DNA of 64,000 nt. Origin: Protoeuglena noctilucae. Its lineage: Eukaryota. The notes beneath the pieces are model-generated. The model made no database searches. It saw nothing but the letters and a program-made list of their open reading frames with translations, and was not told the origin of the DNA. The number at the start of each line of letters is the position of its first letter. Within the stretch, counting starts at the first letter, position 1. Positions 25,964-39,269 of this stretch are shown piece by piece. Location: contig OY253670.1 in the NCBI GenBank assembly GCA_958009085.1, positions 1,488,001 to 1,552,000 on the forward strand. Reading direction: 5' to 3'. A program made the position numbers and the translations under genes.

Positions 25964-28022
25964 ATGGCCCCCCGCCCCCAGGAGCTCGCGCAGGCCTGTT
26001 CGACCCTGGCCGGCTGCCTGGCGGCAGTAGAAGCAGGTCATTTCTTACTGCTACGAGAATTCATTGACGTGGCTCGTGACCTGGCGGAGGATGCGGGGGC
26101 GGTGCAGTGGGAGGAGGCGTCGAGCGCATTTGCAGCCCTGAGGTGCTCGCGATGGCTGCGGCCATCGCTTCGGAGAGGAGAGTTATAATGGTAGCTATGA
26201 CGACAATCCACACCCCCCCGCTTGCCCGGTGCGTGCCCAGGAGCATCCCTGCTCACGGCGCCGAGCTTGCCCAGGCCGTCATTGCCTCCGGGTGCCTAGA
26301 GTCCGCGGCCAGGTTCTCCCGGGTGACCTATGCGAAGCGCAGTCCACTTACTGCGGGTGCTACTAGCACCCGTGGGGCCTGGTTGAGGTGACACTTGCTG
26401 TTCTCGACTCCGATGACGCCACCATCGATGCCCGCCAGCTGCAGGATGCCGCATCGGGGGCGAGCGGGGGTCCCGCGGCCGCCGCCCTGCGCGTGTGCTT
26501 GCAGGCTTTGGGTAACATGAGCGTGAGACGCCCCGAGGAGACACTGCGAGCGTGCAACGACGGGTGGCGTGCGGTGGCAGCTGCATCGGCGTCCCCCTCC
26601 CTGCTGGCGCCCGTGGCCATGGCGCTCTTCAACTGCGCCCGCGTGAGCCCCACGCTAGCTGCGCGTGTGGCAGAGGCCACTGCGCTGCCCCACCTGGTGG
26701 CGTCCTACCAATCCGCGTGGGCATCGGCTGCTGCAGCAACAACTCCGGAGGCACCGACATCCGCCCCAGCCAGCGAGCTGCCGATGGGACAGGGCGACCC
26801 CCGCCGCCCTACGCATGGCGCCCCCGCCGACCCCTTGCGCCCCGTCCCAGGCCTTGAGTGGCTGGCGATGCTGGTGGAGGCGCTCTGCTTGCGTGGGCCC
26901 CACCTGGCCACGGTGCTGGCGTCCCTGCGCGGGGTTTCCGACCGGGCGTTTGTGCTGCAGCTGCTCGAGGAGGAGATGGAGGGTCGCGGGGACGGGGCAG
27001 CAGACGCCCCGGGGTCCGTTGGCCCTGGTCCCTCCAGGGGACCTCAGGCGGCCCAGCAGGCCCTGCAGCTGCTGGAGCAGTTGACACAGTGCCTGGAGCG
27101 TGCGGTAGGAACTGCGGGCGACGACCCCGCCGAGCTCCGGGCGTGCCTCGGGGCGCTGCGTGCATTGACGCAGCGTCGCGGGGGCGCACCTGAAAGCCCG
27201 TCAGACGGGGCGGGCCCGACCGGGGAGGCGGGGCTAGCGGATGGCGCGGAGTCGGCGTGGGGCTCGAGGGCCGTCGCGTGCGGGCTGGTCGGGGCCTTGC
27301 TGGACATGCTGCATGCGCTGGGGAGCCCGCCGGGTCCCCGGGCACGCCGAGAGGCTCATGAGAGCAAGGGTAGAACAGAGAGGAGCGACCGCAGCGCAGA
27401 GGATGCTGCATCAATTGAAGGTGAGAGAGTGACGAACAGAGAGTCTCTATGAGGAGATGCAAGGTGCGGCTCACATGAGGATGGGCGTCTGAGCGCAGAT
27501 GTGGGACGCCGCCTGCCATCGCGCATGGCGTACTTTGGATACCGGACCGACCTCCTGGCCGTGCTGGCCAACGTGGCGTTCGGCAGGCAAGGGCTTTAGC
27601 AATACACGGGTGATGCGCCAGTGTTGCCTGGGGGGCCACGCGTGCCCCCGACATCCCCTGCAGTCCCGCGGTGGCTGAGGCGGTGGTCGAAGCAAACGCG
27701 GTGGAGCTGGTCCTGTCCCAGTGCCAGGTGGATGACCTCAGCCCCATGGCGCGCGAGTGGGGGCTCTTTGCGGTGCGGAACCTGTGCGAGGCCAGTGTGG
27801 CCGTGCAGGACCGCATCAGGAGCATGAAGGCGAGGGCCACAGGCTGTGCCACGCATTGGAGCGGTAGCCGGCCCGGCGTGGCGAGGGTGTTGGGATGCTG
27901 CCGCGCAGGTGCAAGGGGTGGAGCAGACCGACGAGCTGCGGAGGCTGGGGTTGCGCGTGGAGGTGCGGAACGGCCAGGTGGTAGTGGAACGGGAGGAGGC
28001 GGCGCCACCCAGAGGGGACTAG
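25964..28022 (+). CDS. ATXN10: Ataxin-10 homolog (ARM repeats)
   Basis: C-terminal GYRTDLLAVLANVAF...ELVLSQCQVDDLSPMAREWGLFAVRNLCE...LRRLGLRVEV matches the Ataxin-10 domain; GC-AG introns at 27587-27663 and 27830-27908. Confidence 0.88.
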
Positions 28023-28099
28023 CGGCGGTGGCCGTGGCCAGGGCGATGCTGACGGCGTGGTTATTTGAAAGGACTCCGCAGCATCCCAACTCCGCTGTG

Positions 28100-29656
28100 C
28101 TACACGTCCGGCTTGCCCAGTGCCGCGAAGAGGTCTTGGCTCGCCTGGACCAGCGCGTCGTGGGTGACCATCATGCACAGCCGCAGGGCCTTGGGGTCGT
28201 GCCTCTGCGGGGGCACAGACGATGGCCGTGTGGGGCAGGCACGGCCCTGCCCGTGTGTCGGAGGGAGAGCAAGGCGCTCAGTGCCCAGCTAGCGCGGGTC
28301 CACGTGCCTTGCTCACGCGCCCCGCCTCGGGGAACGCAAACGCCCACGTGGACCTCCTCCACAGGTACTCATCCTCGGGTCGGGTGCACGCGAAGGGCAG
28401 GTCCTTGACATCCTCCCTGACATCCCCCTTGGACCGCTTGGCCTTGGGCGCACCCCCTGCGCTGTCCGCCGCGAGGCCTCGCGACAGTGCCGCGGTCTCC
28501 GCCCCCTGCTCCACCCACACCCGGGTGCACATCAGGTACCTGCGGGCCCGCCGCAGCCCTCGTCTCGCAAGCCTGACAGCGCCGCCATGGCACGGGTCCA
28601 GAGACCCAGCCACTCACTGCGTAAAGGTCAGTGCCTTCTTCTCCGAAGCGTCCAGGTCCCTGTCCTCCCGGCCCTGCTGCATGTCCTTCAGCAGCAGCGC
28701 AAACTGCGGGGCATAGCAGGCGCGGGGGGCGCTGAGACAGCCGGGGGCCCAGACGCCGCTGACAAGGCGCCCCGGTGCGCGCCACACCAATGCCGTGGAG
28801 ACGTTTGGGGGCACGTTAAGGAAGCGGTCGTTGAGGAGCAGCGCGGTCGAGGGGTGGGCGTCGAACGCCTCGCGCACGGCGGCCCTAGCTGCGTCGTTCG
28901 GAGCCGCGCTCGCCAGGAACTTGCTGACGTCACTGAGGCAGTCGAGCTTCTTCACCTCGTGGAAGTACCACGTGCTGAGGACTGCAAGGGGCGACCAGCC
29001 AAACGCGTGCCGCCACAGCCAGCACCGGACGTCGCAGCAGCTCTGAGCATCCGGGGTTGTGTCCGGATGCGGGGCTCGTCGTTGGCCTCGCAGCTCACCG
29101 GTCAGCAGACCCACCGGGTCCAAGGCCCCGTCCGCCTTGACGACGGTGCCGCACCAGAACTGCCCGATGATGGCGTCGCAGAGCTCGCCCGCGTTCCACG
29201 TGGCGCCGTCGAGGTACGGCGTGAGCAGGGCTTTCAGGCCCAGGAAATCGATCTCCGCGGGGGCCTGCGGCACGGCCACGGTCCACTGCCCTTACGCCAC
29301 CAAGGGCACGACGATGCCTGCGCTTCAGCGAGCGTGGCTCCCGCGCGTGCGACTCACCTCAAAGTCGAACTCGACGTTCATTTCCTCCTTGTCGCTCGCC
29401 TCGTCCTCGCTCGGGGAACTCTCGTCGCCCTCCTCGCCGCTCTCGTCCGAATCGCTGGGCAGCGAGTCCTCGCTCCCCGAGTCATCATCCGACGCCGGGC
29501 TATCCTCTGGGATCAGCGGAGCGTCCGGACGCCATCGTCGGCCCCGCATCGCGGCGGGATGGCCGCTGACCTGGCAGCCGCCGGGCGCACACCTTGCTCC
29601 GCCTCCTCCTCGCGCTGCGCTGCGGCCGCCGCCGCAGCTCTTGATCTCTTAGGCAT
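28100..29656 (-). CDS. BCCIP: BCCIP/BCP1 family protein
   Basis: Acidic N-terminus, VEFDFE, DFLGLKALL...ELCDAII...GTVVK, LLLNDRFLNVPP, RPEDEYL; stop TAG at 28100. Confidence 0.9.
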
Positions 29657-30252
29657 CCCTTCCTCCCGCCCAGCCCTCGCTACTCCCGCTTTGCAGTGCT
29701 GGCAGCTCCCTGACCCCTGCCCTTCGCGTGCCGATCGAAATAAAGGCGCCTGCGCGCACGGCGTCGACGCGGGTGGTGGTCCGTCATCGTGCACGCGACG
29801 GTGGGGATCGTCGAGTGGGCCAGCGTCCGCACAATCGACGCGTGCATGCGTGGCGAAGCGTGCTCTCGCACCCGGCCGCGTAGCCGATCAGATCGAAAGC
29901 AGCGATGCCCAGGATGAAGAAAACGACTGCGACCACACAGTTCAGAGCCACAGAAAGCATCCAAGTATTTTCTAGAGCTTGAAAACCGCCGGGGGGTCGG
30001 GTACGCCGTCACTGTCCAGCACAGAGAGACGATGCGCACGCGGAGGCAGTTCTCCCGGTTGTTTTAAACGAGCGAGGATGTGGAGTTGGAGCTCATCATG
30101 AGGATCGAGGCCAGAACTCCCCCGTCAGACTTTTGCAGTGCCAGATGTTTCTGGCACCCCACGGGGCGCGTTTTGCCGTGTTGTTCCTCCCATCCACGTC
30201 ATTGCCAGCATTTACATCTCATCACGTGTCTTCAACCGGAATTTTCGCTGAG

Positions 30253-31423
30253 ATGACGTCGTCGGCGGCTTTCAAGGTAACGCTGGGCCCTCTGCGTTCA
30301 TTTCCTGTGCATCTTCAGGACCCTGTATGATAACTCGTGCCGCAGGACCGACCATGGGCCCTTCGCAACGCGTGGGGAGCCCGGCGCACCGTTGTTAGAC
30401 GCGCTCACACGCTGTCCGCTTGCGCTTAGACCGCATCATGCCAACATTAAACTCAATTTCCGTTTCACACAGCCGATCGCGGGCCTCGCGGCCGCGCTCT
30501 TCGTCGGCGCCTTTCAGGCCATGCGAGCCGCGCTGGCGGCCACGCTCTCGGCCAGCTGGGCCATCAAGATTGCCATCCTCGTCGGTTTGGTCGTCCTGGG
30601 CGTGGTGGTCGTCTCTGGCGTCGCCAAGCTGCGCGGTGGACGTGAGGAGCGCCGCTGTAGCACGGTATGGGCATTTTCACGGCTACAGCCGCCACCGCAT
30701 GGTACCCCCGCTACCTGTCGCAGGCATTCCAAGGGAGCTGCGCAAAGCGCCCCGCATCGCCGTCCCCGCCGGGATCCCCGAGAACCGGGGGCGCGTGAGG
30801 CGCGGCGCCAACGGAAAAATCCTGTCAGGCTCTTTCATCCCCGAAGTCAACGCCTTCTACGTGACGACGGAGCAGGAGAAGAAGACCCAGGACCAGCCGA
30901 TCACCATTGCCGACTTCAAGGTGAGCTGCAATTTACGGGAAGGTTGCACGTCCACGCCATGCGCACGCCGTTGGCTGCTGGTCTCGCGAGCAAGCCCTAG
31001 CAGTATGCGCGCGCCCACAGGACCGCGAGTACGCCATCCAGTACATCATGAGCGGCTTCCGCGTGCCGCTGATCTTCGAGTCCGACCCGACCAAGATCTG
31101 CCAGGGCGCCATCCGCGCCACGGTGCAGCGGGAGAAGAAGAACTCCCTCGCTTGCATGACCGGAAGCGAGCCGCTGATGAACGTGACCGGCGGTGCACCC
31201 TGACGAGCCAGCCGCAGGGGCCCTCGACGATCGCCCGGCCATTCATCGTGCTGTTCCGCGCCCGCAGTGGGAGTCGGTCAAAAACGACCTCAAAGCTATC
31301 CACGTGGCAGTCGACGCGAAGCACGGGAATCGCGGTTTCAGGTTTTCGTGGGAAGTGCCCGCCTCGGACGAGAACGTGGAAGAGGTGTACAAGGCTGTGG
31401 TGTTCCCCGCGGGGGCCTACTGA
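30253..31423 (+). CDS. Hypothetical single-pass membrane protein
   Basis: Spliced exons with a TM segment IAILVGLVVLGVVVVSGV followed by a globular-looking region (SFIPEVNAFYV...AIQYIMSGFRVPLIFESDP...FSWEVP); start uncertain. Confidence 0.6.
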
Positions 31424-31731
31424 TATGCAGAAGTCACCAGCCCATCGCTCACGAGGCGCTATTGGACGGCGCATTGACATTGACGCGCGATTGAATTCCC
31501 TGTGATCACCCTGGCGCGTCGACTTACAGCTGTCAGCCCGCATCCATCGCCCCTGAACTTGAAGCCGCCCCGCCGCACTCTGCCTTCGATAATCCGTGCG
31601 AATGCTCGTTGACGAGCGCCCTCAGCGGACCCGCGCGGTCGTGCGTTTTTGAAATCAGCGGATTGGGAAGAAAGAGAAACAACGGACGGTTTGCGCACGC
31701 CTTGTGCGCATCTGGCGCAGCGCCAGGCGCC

Positions 31732-32717
31732 ATGCGCCGCCAGGAGTTCCAGCGGGGCCCAGCCGCGGGACCCTCGGGCCGCCACGACGACGTGGGCACG
31801 GTGCCGGCCAACCTCGAGCTTCCCGGGACGAGGTGCGCGGACTGCACGGCCCCGCGCGCGGTGCGCGACACACTCTGTCGCAGTGCTATCCTTTCTCACG
31901 CCCGGGGTTCCTGCAGCGGCGCGTAGGCGCCACCGTGGCTCGCTGTTCGTCTGCAGGGTCGCGTCGAGCCTCATGCTGCAGCAACTGCTGTTCTACGGGC
32001 GCCTCTTCTACCCTTTCTACCTCGTCAGCGAGATCGCCATCCTGCATCACAAGTACGGGGACGGAGTGGTCCTCCGCGACCAGGACAAGGCGCGCGTCGC
32101 CATGCTCTCCATCTGGGCCATCATTGAGCCCTTCCGCCTGAGGTGCGGGGCCTGAAGCGAGCGTAGCTGAGGCAGGGCCCGACTTCTGCGGCCGTCTGCA
32201 TGACGTGACGTGCAATGCGCTGCGCCTTGCACGCAGCCGTGGGTACCACGGCAATCTGCGCGAGGACTTCCCCTCGCTCCTCATCTTCTTCGGTGAGGCC
32301 CCGCAAAGCCGCCTCGCATGGCCGTGGCCCGGTGCACCTGCCATGGTTCGAAGACGCCCCGCATGCTTGTAGCCAGCACGCGCACCGTGACCACGACTGC
32401 CCCCCACCGACCCAGTGCTCTCCCTCCTGGGCGTCCCGCTCATGATCTACATGTGGATCGCACAGTTCAAGATCACCTCCGTCGACCGGGCCCTGACTGT
32501 CATGCTGGTGAGCATGCATACCCCGGCACGACCGGCCAGGGGTGCAGACCTGCCAGGGATATGTTGCGTCCATGCACAGGAATTGCCGTGCGTGCAGATT
32601 GTGTACGTGTGCCTGAACATCTTCTTTGCCGGACACGCCATGCGGAGCGTCCTCCGGGAGCAGGGGCGCCGCTTCGACCTTGCCAAGATGACGGAGCTGG
32701 CCCATCTGAACCTGTGA
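31732..32717 (+). CDS. TMEM17: TMEM17/TMEM216-family ciliary transition-zone protein
   Basis: SSLMLQQLLFYGRLFYPFY...IEPFRL..GYHGNLREDFPSL, the signature of the Transmemb_17 family; 5 exons. Confidence 0.82.
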
Positions 32718-32909
32718 GGAGAGGTTTTTGAACGTGCGCGCTTCGAGTGATTCACTAGCGTCCTAAATGTCGTCTCCTGAGGCACCATGGCGTACCAGCC
32801 CTTCTGCCGAAAGTGTACTCTTTAAATCCACAATGGTCGAAGATGCCCTGATGCCCAGCGCGGCGCGTATGGCCAAGCCTCCCGCGCAGCTCTGGAAAGC
32901 CACGCCTCG

Positions 32910-34010
32910 TCACGTGCTGTGCGGCTTCCCAGATGCGACCTGTGCCCCCCGACCGAGGATCCTCTTCCGCTGCGACAACATGTACGTGTAGAGGCTGCGG
33001 GGGCGGGAGGGAATCAAGCGTGATGATGGCCAGCCCTGATAGGCACCCCGCCCTAGCACACCAACGGACAGGCTCGGCACAGTGACCTGTAGAACCCCGG
33101 GAGGTAGGCGGCCAGGACGAACAGGGCCAGGAAATACGAGTCGAAGGCGAAGTTAAAGCGGTTGGGCATGGTCACCGAGTAGGGGCGGGTGGCCTGCGGG
33201 CACGTTCGGGTGGGTTGCAGATGGGCGTGTGGCCTAGGGCAGCGAGAGGCATGCATTGGCCCCTCCGTCGCCATCGCGCGCGTGCCCAGTTCGTTCCCTG
33301 AGTTGTCACACCTTGATGTGCGGGAGGGCCATCCACAGGAGCGCGACCTCAGACGCCACGCCCAGCGGGTAGAGCACGAGGAAGGTGGAGTAGCGGAGCC
33401 ACGTGAGGGCCCAGGGGGCGTCGCCGGCCGCCTCCCGAGATGCGTAATATGCGTATCGGATGACCTCGGTGGGGCCCCACGCGAGGAGCAACGTGAGGGT
33501 AGAGAGGGGGAGCGGCAGGGCGGGGAGGGCCAGGGCACGGCCCGCGACGTGGGGCACGGCGTGCAGCACGCACCAGACCACGAAAAGGCGCGAGAAGACC
33601 TGGGAGGACGCCAACAGAATCGCGTGGGCGCTGGGAGCTGGGGCTGGAGCATTGGCTGTCCCTCACGATGGCCGTCATGACCGGCAGTCACCTGGACGGT
33701 CGTCGTGGCAACGGGCGATCGCACCAGCCCCAGCGCTACATGTGCGATTTCGAGGATTGCACACGTCTGCACGATCTTGAGGGGCCATCCGGCTACCTCC
33801 CACGCCGCGGGGAGACCCCTGCGAGCAGAATGGCGAGTAGAACGACTCAAACGTCGTTGCCGGCAATCCAGCGGGCATTGGTATCATGGCACCATTGCTC
33901 TTGACTCACCGGGTGAGCGCGGCGAGGACCAGGCGCCCCGTGACATAGGCCCACCCCGCGGCCGACGCGGAATTGTACACAATCAGGTACGGTTGCCGAA
34001 GCCCCGACAT
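32910..34010 (-). CDS. PAS2: Very-long-chain 3-hydroxyacyl-CoA dehydratase (PTPLA/PAS2/HACD)
   Basis: YLIVYN, QTCAILEIAHVALGLVRSP, SRLFVVW, EVIRYAYY, WLRYSTFLVLYPLGVASE, LYTYMLSQRKRIL. Confidence 0.93.
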
Positions 34011-34271
34011 GTCTGCCACCACCACATTCGGAATGCTTCGAGCTGCGAATCCACAGAGGAGATCAGGGATCTCCTCTGTGGATTGATGGATATCTGATTC
34101 ATCGCTGGCGCGGGGCATCCCCACCCATTCCCTCCTCGCCTCGTCCACCCCAGGCAGCCGTCTTGCTCACCGTGTCAGTTGTCAACAGCTGTCACTCGTA
34201 TGCCCTGCCCGATGGGCGCCTGGGTGCAGCGGACAAATTATTGTGCTGACCTTCCCTCGCCACGCTCCGCG

Positions 34272-35262
34272 ATGCGCAGTCTGGTCTCGCGTTCCACGTT
34301 GTCTGGGGGCCTGGGGCGATGCCTGTCGTCGAGCAGCCTTCGCTGGTGCGGGCACAGAGCCGCGCTGCCGCGCTGCGCGACGCCGGCGTGCAGGTTGACG
34401 CGACCCACGCTCCAGCGATGCAACGTGACCGTTCGCGCGGCCGTGGATGATGAGGATGGGAAGGGCAAGTCCCAGGACTCGAGCAATATGACCCGTGGAT
34501 TTGGGAAGAGCAGCCGGGGAGCCAGGATTGGCCGGGACATGAGCCAGCAGGACGCTCTCATTCAGAGCCTCAGGTAAATGTCATTCTCTTCCGATCCCTG
34601 CGGCTGCTGCAGCGCAACCCCGTGGCCCCTGCGTGTTCTTGGCCTCGGCACCGCGCTTTCCCCAAGCCCGGGAGCGCGCGGGCACCTTCAGCCGCGATGC
34701 GACTTATGTTGACATGCACACAGTGCTGTGGGGCGCATGGAGGGCCGGACGTCGCAGGGGAGGAACGTGGTGCTGGGCGGGGAAGCCAAGACGGCCGAGG
34801 AGGCGGTGGACAAGTGGAAGGAGCTGGATCAGCGGCTGGGGACCGAGTACCCGTGCATGAGGAACTTCAAGGCGAGAGCTGAGTCGCAGCGATTGGTGCC
34901 CAGCCTCCCAGGGCCTTCCGCTCTGAGCATTTGCCCCGGCACGGTGGGCGCAGGCCATCGGACACGCGGGGGAGGACTATGCGAGCATGGTGCGGGAGAC
35001 GGTGTCGCAGGGTATTGGTTATGCTGTGCCGGATATCATGGTGGTCACGAGGGCCAGCAAGGTGACGGCTAGACAGACGCTGCCCCTCCGCGCCTCAGCA
35101 TGGGAAGTGTCTTGGCCTGCCACCGCAACGTGCCCGCTCTCGTTGCAGAACGGGACGTACTGGACGGTGGACGTGGGCCCTGTAGAGGTCAAGACGCAGG
35201 AGCAGGTCATCCAGATCTACGCGGCACTGCGGGCCGACCCACGGACCAAGTTCATGATCTGA
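34272..35262 (+). CDS. DUF493/YbeD-like plastid-targeted protein
   Basis: Ser/Arg-rich transit peptide; WKELDQRL..YP..RNFK|AIG...GTYWTVDVGPVEVKTQEQVIQIYAALRADPRTKFMI*; GC-AG intron at 34872-34953. Confidence 0.8.
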
Positions 35263-35348
35263 CCACCCGCACGGTAGGGGTTGAAGAGACGAGCGCACGA
35301 GACAGCCGGATGAAACCCTCAGCTCACCGTGGCTCACCAGACTTCCTC

Positions 35349-35353
35349 TGTAA
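35349..35353 (+). promoter_or_regulatory. TGTAA polyadenylation signal (DUF493 gene)
   Basis: TGTAA about 87 nt after the TGA at 35262. Confidence 0.5.
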
Positions 35354-35377
35354 GCACGGTCCCTGCCTCTTGAGACG

Positions 35378-37290
35378 TCACAGCCCAAGCGCGTCGAGCG
35401 CGGCCCAGTGCTGCCACGGCGTCGCGAGCGAGTTGGCCACCCACATGCCCGAGGCGCTCGCGGCAGGCGTGCCGATGCCCGGCCAGGTCGAGTCGCCGCA
35501 CACATACAGCCCCGGCACCGGGCACGTGGCCTGGGGCATGCCGCTGTACCGCTGCAGGTTCCGTGGCCCGTACGTGCCCCGGTGGCGGCTGAGGAACCGC
35601 GCGTGCGTGAGGGGCGAGCCCGTCAGCCCCAGGATCTGGCGCCCCCGCACCCCCGGGCACGCCGCCTCCGCCAGCGCCCACAGCCGCCCCTCTCTCTCTG
35701 CCTTCTGCGCCCGGTACGCCTCGCCTCTGGGGTCCAGCCCCTCCCACGCGCCGTACGGCTCGGCGAAGTAGGCATGCATGACATGCGTGCCCTCCGGCGC
35801 AGCCGTGGGGTCCAGCACGCTCGGGATGCACACGGTGGGCCAGGAGGACGCATTTCCCACGACGTCCGGGTCGAAGAAGAAGGTGTGGAAGGGGAGGTCC
35901 TCACCGGCACGGGCCTCGAATGCACTGCGCGAGGCGAGAGCAGCCACAGGTTCCCTCGGCAAGGGCGGAAGGAGGAGGTGCGGCGACGTGGCGACCCGCA
36001 GCCCCGCCTCGCCTGTGCAGATGCATGAAGCTGTCATGCGTGCCCATCTGCGTCAAACTCTGTGCAAAGTCCTCCGACAGAGCTGCACCGTCACTCTCCC
36101 CGCCACTCTCCCGCTCGGACACCCCTGCCCCCCCCAGCAGCGCTGCCGTGTCCCACACGGATGCATTCGACACCACCGCGCGCCGCGCTCGTACGCGCCT
36201 GCCACCCTGGATATCCACCCCCTTGGCCGTCCCCCCCTCAACGACCACTTGCGCCACCCGCGAGTTCAGCGCCAGCAGACCCCCCTTCTTTCGTAGACCT
36301 CTCACAACGGCCTCCACAACCCCCTGCCCGCCACCGAGTGGGTACTCGAGCCGGGACCCCTCCTGGTAGAGCTGGTTGAAGGTGCGCACCATGTAGCTGG
36401 CCACCACGTCGTCAAGGCCAATGCCCGACGTGGCCTTGCACAGGGTGTCCACGAACGTGAGCACGTTGGGGTCCCTGCGTGAATTACCCCAGGAGGACTA
36501 GTGGCAACGGCGCGGATGACGCGCCCATGCGGACAGGTACATGCGGCCACGCCGTCACTCACCGGACCACCTCCCTCACCACCGCGCCGAACTTGCGGTC
36601 CCCCAATCGGCGTGTTGCCGCCATGCTGCGGGCTAGCTTGCCCGGGCTGCGCAGCGCCGCCGTCAGGGCGATGGCGTTGTCGAAGCGCACCACCATGGGG
36701 TGGATGGCCGTCGCGTCCGCCCCCAGCTCCCGGCAACGCGCCTGCAGCGCCTGCCACTCACGCCGGGCAGTCACGCCCCACATGCCCTCGACGGCGCCAG
36801 CGAAGGCCGCGCTCCCGATCTGGGTGCGGAAGTGCCCCTCCCGGAAGTGCAGGGCCGTCTTGCTGTCGGGGCACGGCACGCACTCGACCCTCTCGCCGAG
36901 CAGGTCCAGGAGCGCCGCGATGGGGTTGTCGCTGGGCCGGTCGCGGAGGCCGAAGAAGAGCGACGTGCCGACGTCGAAGTCGAAGGTGCGCTCCCCCACC
37001 CGGCGAGTCCAGGTGTGCGCGCACCCGCCGGCCCTGCTGTGTGCCTCCAGCACGGCCACCCGCTGCCCAAAGTGGGCGAGCATTGCCGCGGCCGTGAGCC
37101 CGCCCACGCCTGCTCCGATGACGACCACATCCACCACGTTGGGGATCGAGTCCGACCGCGACGATTCCAGGGTGCCTCGCGCGGCTGCGGAGGGCGCGCG
37201 TCGACGGCGGCAGCGATGGCCCGTGTGAGCCACAGGACGGGCTCGGCCATCCAGCGCACTGAGACGCGTTGCGGCGCAGGAAGCAGCCAT
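35378..37290 (-). CDS. CRTISO/phytoene-desaturase-family FAD oxidoreductase, probably plastid-targeted
   Basis: DVVVIGAGVGGL, LEAH..AGGCAH, FDVGTSLFFG, EYPLGGG, SNASVWDT, PSVLDP..AP.G, GSPLTHARFL.R.GTYGP, GDSTWPGIG; two introns, one of them GC-AG at 35925-36012. Confidence 0.88.
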
Positions 37291-37572
37291 GAGCTGCTCT
37301 GTTGTACGCACGAGACACCGAATGCGCCACGCAGGTGAGGCCTAGCACTCTAACAACCCAAAAAACCACTGTTTCTGACTAGGGCAAGAGATGCAAGCCA
37401 AATGAGAACTGGGGGTGCGCAGGTGCCTTCACTTTGGCGCAAAGATTCATCCAGTGCACAGCAACCCGCTGGGACGCCAGTGATTTGCTGCTCACTTGGG
37501 CACTTGTGGCGCGCATAGCACCCTTCTCTGTCCAGCGTTTCTTTCCCAGCGCGCGACACATAGAGGGAACGT

Positions 37573-38960
37573 ATGGTGGGGGGACCCACGCCCCCCCCGG
37601 GCCCTGGCCCCCAGGCGCCCAGCGCACCCAGGCGAGTCAAGCTCGAACGCTGCAGCCGCGAGGAGGCTCGTCATGCCCCTGTCGCTGTGCCTTCCTGCTC
37701 TCCACAGCGTTCGTTTTACGCCGTTTCGATGGCTCGGCCCGAAGCGCGCTGAGCGGCCGTTCTTACCGCCCACATGGCGTCGTGCCTTGCAGGCCCCCCG
37801 CGCAGCCCCAGCCGCCACCGGCGGACAATGCAGACGACATCTTCACTCTTAATGTGGGGAAGAAGGCGCCCGTTGCGGGTCGCCGGCAGGGGAGGCGCGC
37901 GGGGCCCACTCCCCCACCCCCTCACGTCCCTTCGGGGCCCATTGGGGCCCTGGATGCGGACCTGGACTTGGGTGATGCCGCAGAGACGCCCGCTCCCAAG
38001 AGACCCCAGGCGATCGGCGCTTCCAGGACGAACGCATTCGGCGTGGAGGACGCGTCGGAGCCGAAGAAGCCCCAAGGACCGTCCCGCCAGGTGCTTGCCT
38101 CTTTGCTGTCATCGCGACGGGACTAGATGTGCGGGCCGAGTTGCGCGGAACTGCCAGTATGCCCCTCCCCTTGGTGACACAATGCAGACGTCGAGCGTGA
38201 ACCGACAGGCTGTTGCCGCCGGCACGTCCACATCGACATCGACCACGCCGATGAGCCCCGCGGAGCCCACGCCTGCTCAGGGGGGCCCGCGTTTCATGGG
38301 CATCTCGAGGCGCAAGGCCGTGCAGCAGGAGTCCAGGCGAGGGCGCCGTTGCTTTGTCCAGCACGCGCTCTCTGGGACGATGTCCCCGATATCCACGGGC
38401 GCCCTCCACGATGCGCAGGAACCGCGCGGGAGCGCCCCTGACGCTGGAGGAGCGCAACCGGCTGAGGCATGAGGAGATGGAGAGGGAGGCAGACGTCCTC
38501 GACATCCAGGAGCTGGAGGACGATGGGGGGGAGGACATCACGCGCAAGGTCGCCGAGCCTCCCAAGGCTGCCGGGCAGAGGTGCCGCGCGGGGCCACGCC
38601 AGGGCAGGTGGGGTGCGCTGGTTGACGTGAGGTCCTGAGGCAGCGGACGCCGCCTGTGACTTGGCCCGCAGGGTGGACGGCATGGACGAGTTGCGCGATG
38701 AGACGGGCTTGATACTTCCCGACACCGGCAACGAGGCGATCGACCTGACGCAGCTGACGCAGGTGCGGCGGGTGCTCCGGGGTACTTACCTCGCCCGTGT
38801 GCGAACGAGGTGGCGAGTTCCCGCGCGGAGCGGCCCGCAGGTGCTGACGCCCATCGGTTTGGTCTACGAGGAGGACATGGACGAGGTCTGGGACCACAAC
38901 CTGCTCCTCACGCAGCTCTCGTCTGATATCAACGCGGAGCGCGAGGCCTTGGCGCGCTGA
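37573..38960 (+). CDS. IFT43: Intraflagellar transport protein 43
   Basis: DIQELEDDGGEDITRKVAEPP...IDLTQLTQ|VLTP..EEDMDEVWDHNLLLTQLSS matches IFT43; GC-AG introns at 37632-37792 and 38337-38418. Confidence 0.83.
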
Positions 38961-39269
38961 GCAGGGGCGTATTCGTGCCCCGCGCCGCGCAGGTCGGAAT
39001 AGGATGCAAAGTCGCTCCATGGGGGTTAAGTGACGCGAGGTTTTACCCAGTGCCGACTGGCAAGCGGCCAAGCCGTTGACCTCGCGCTCCCGGCCGCAAC
39101 GGCAGTGGCTGGGTGTTCGTGGAGTAGATAGAGGTCCCGCGGTTACAAGAAGTCGCCTGCCTTTTGGCCCGTCGGGTGCAGCTGCGTCGCCCGCCCGCCC
39201 TGGATCGTTCAAGCGGCGGAGGTGCGGATGGGGGCTGTCGCTGGACGTTAACTAATCCCCTGAACGCGG

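Noticed and set aside
1..38960. Functional cluster of ciliary genes (katanin p80, ATXN10, TMEM17, IFT43) or lipid genes (FAX, SMP/C2, PAS2)
   Set aside because: The genes are interspersed with unrelated ones and both categories are large, so chance is a sufficient explanation without synteny data.
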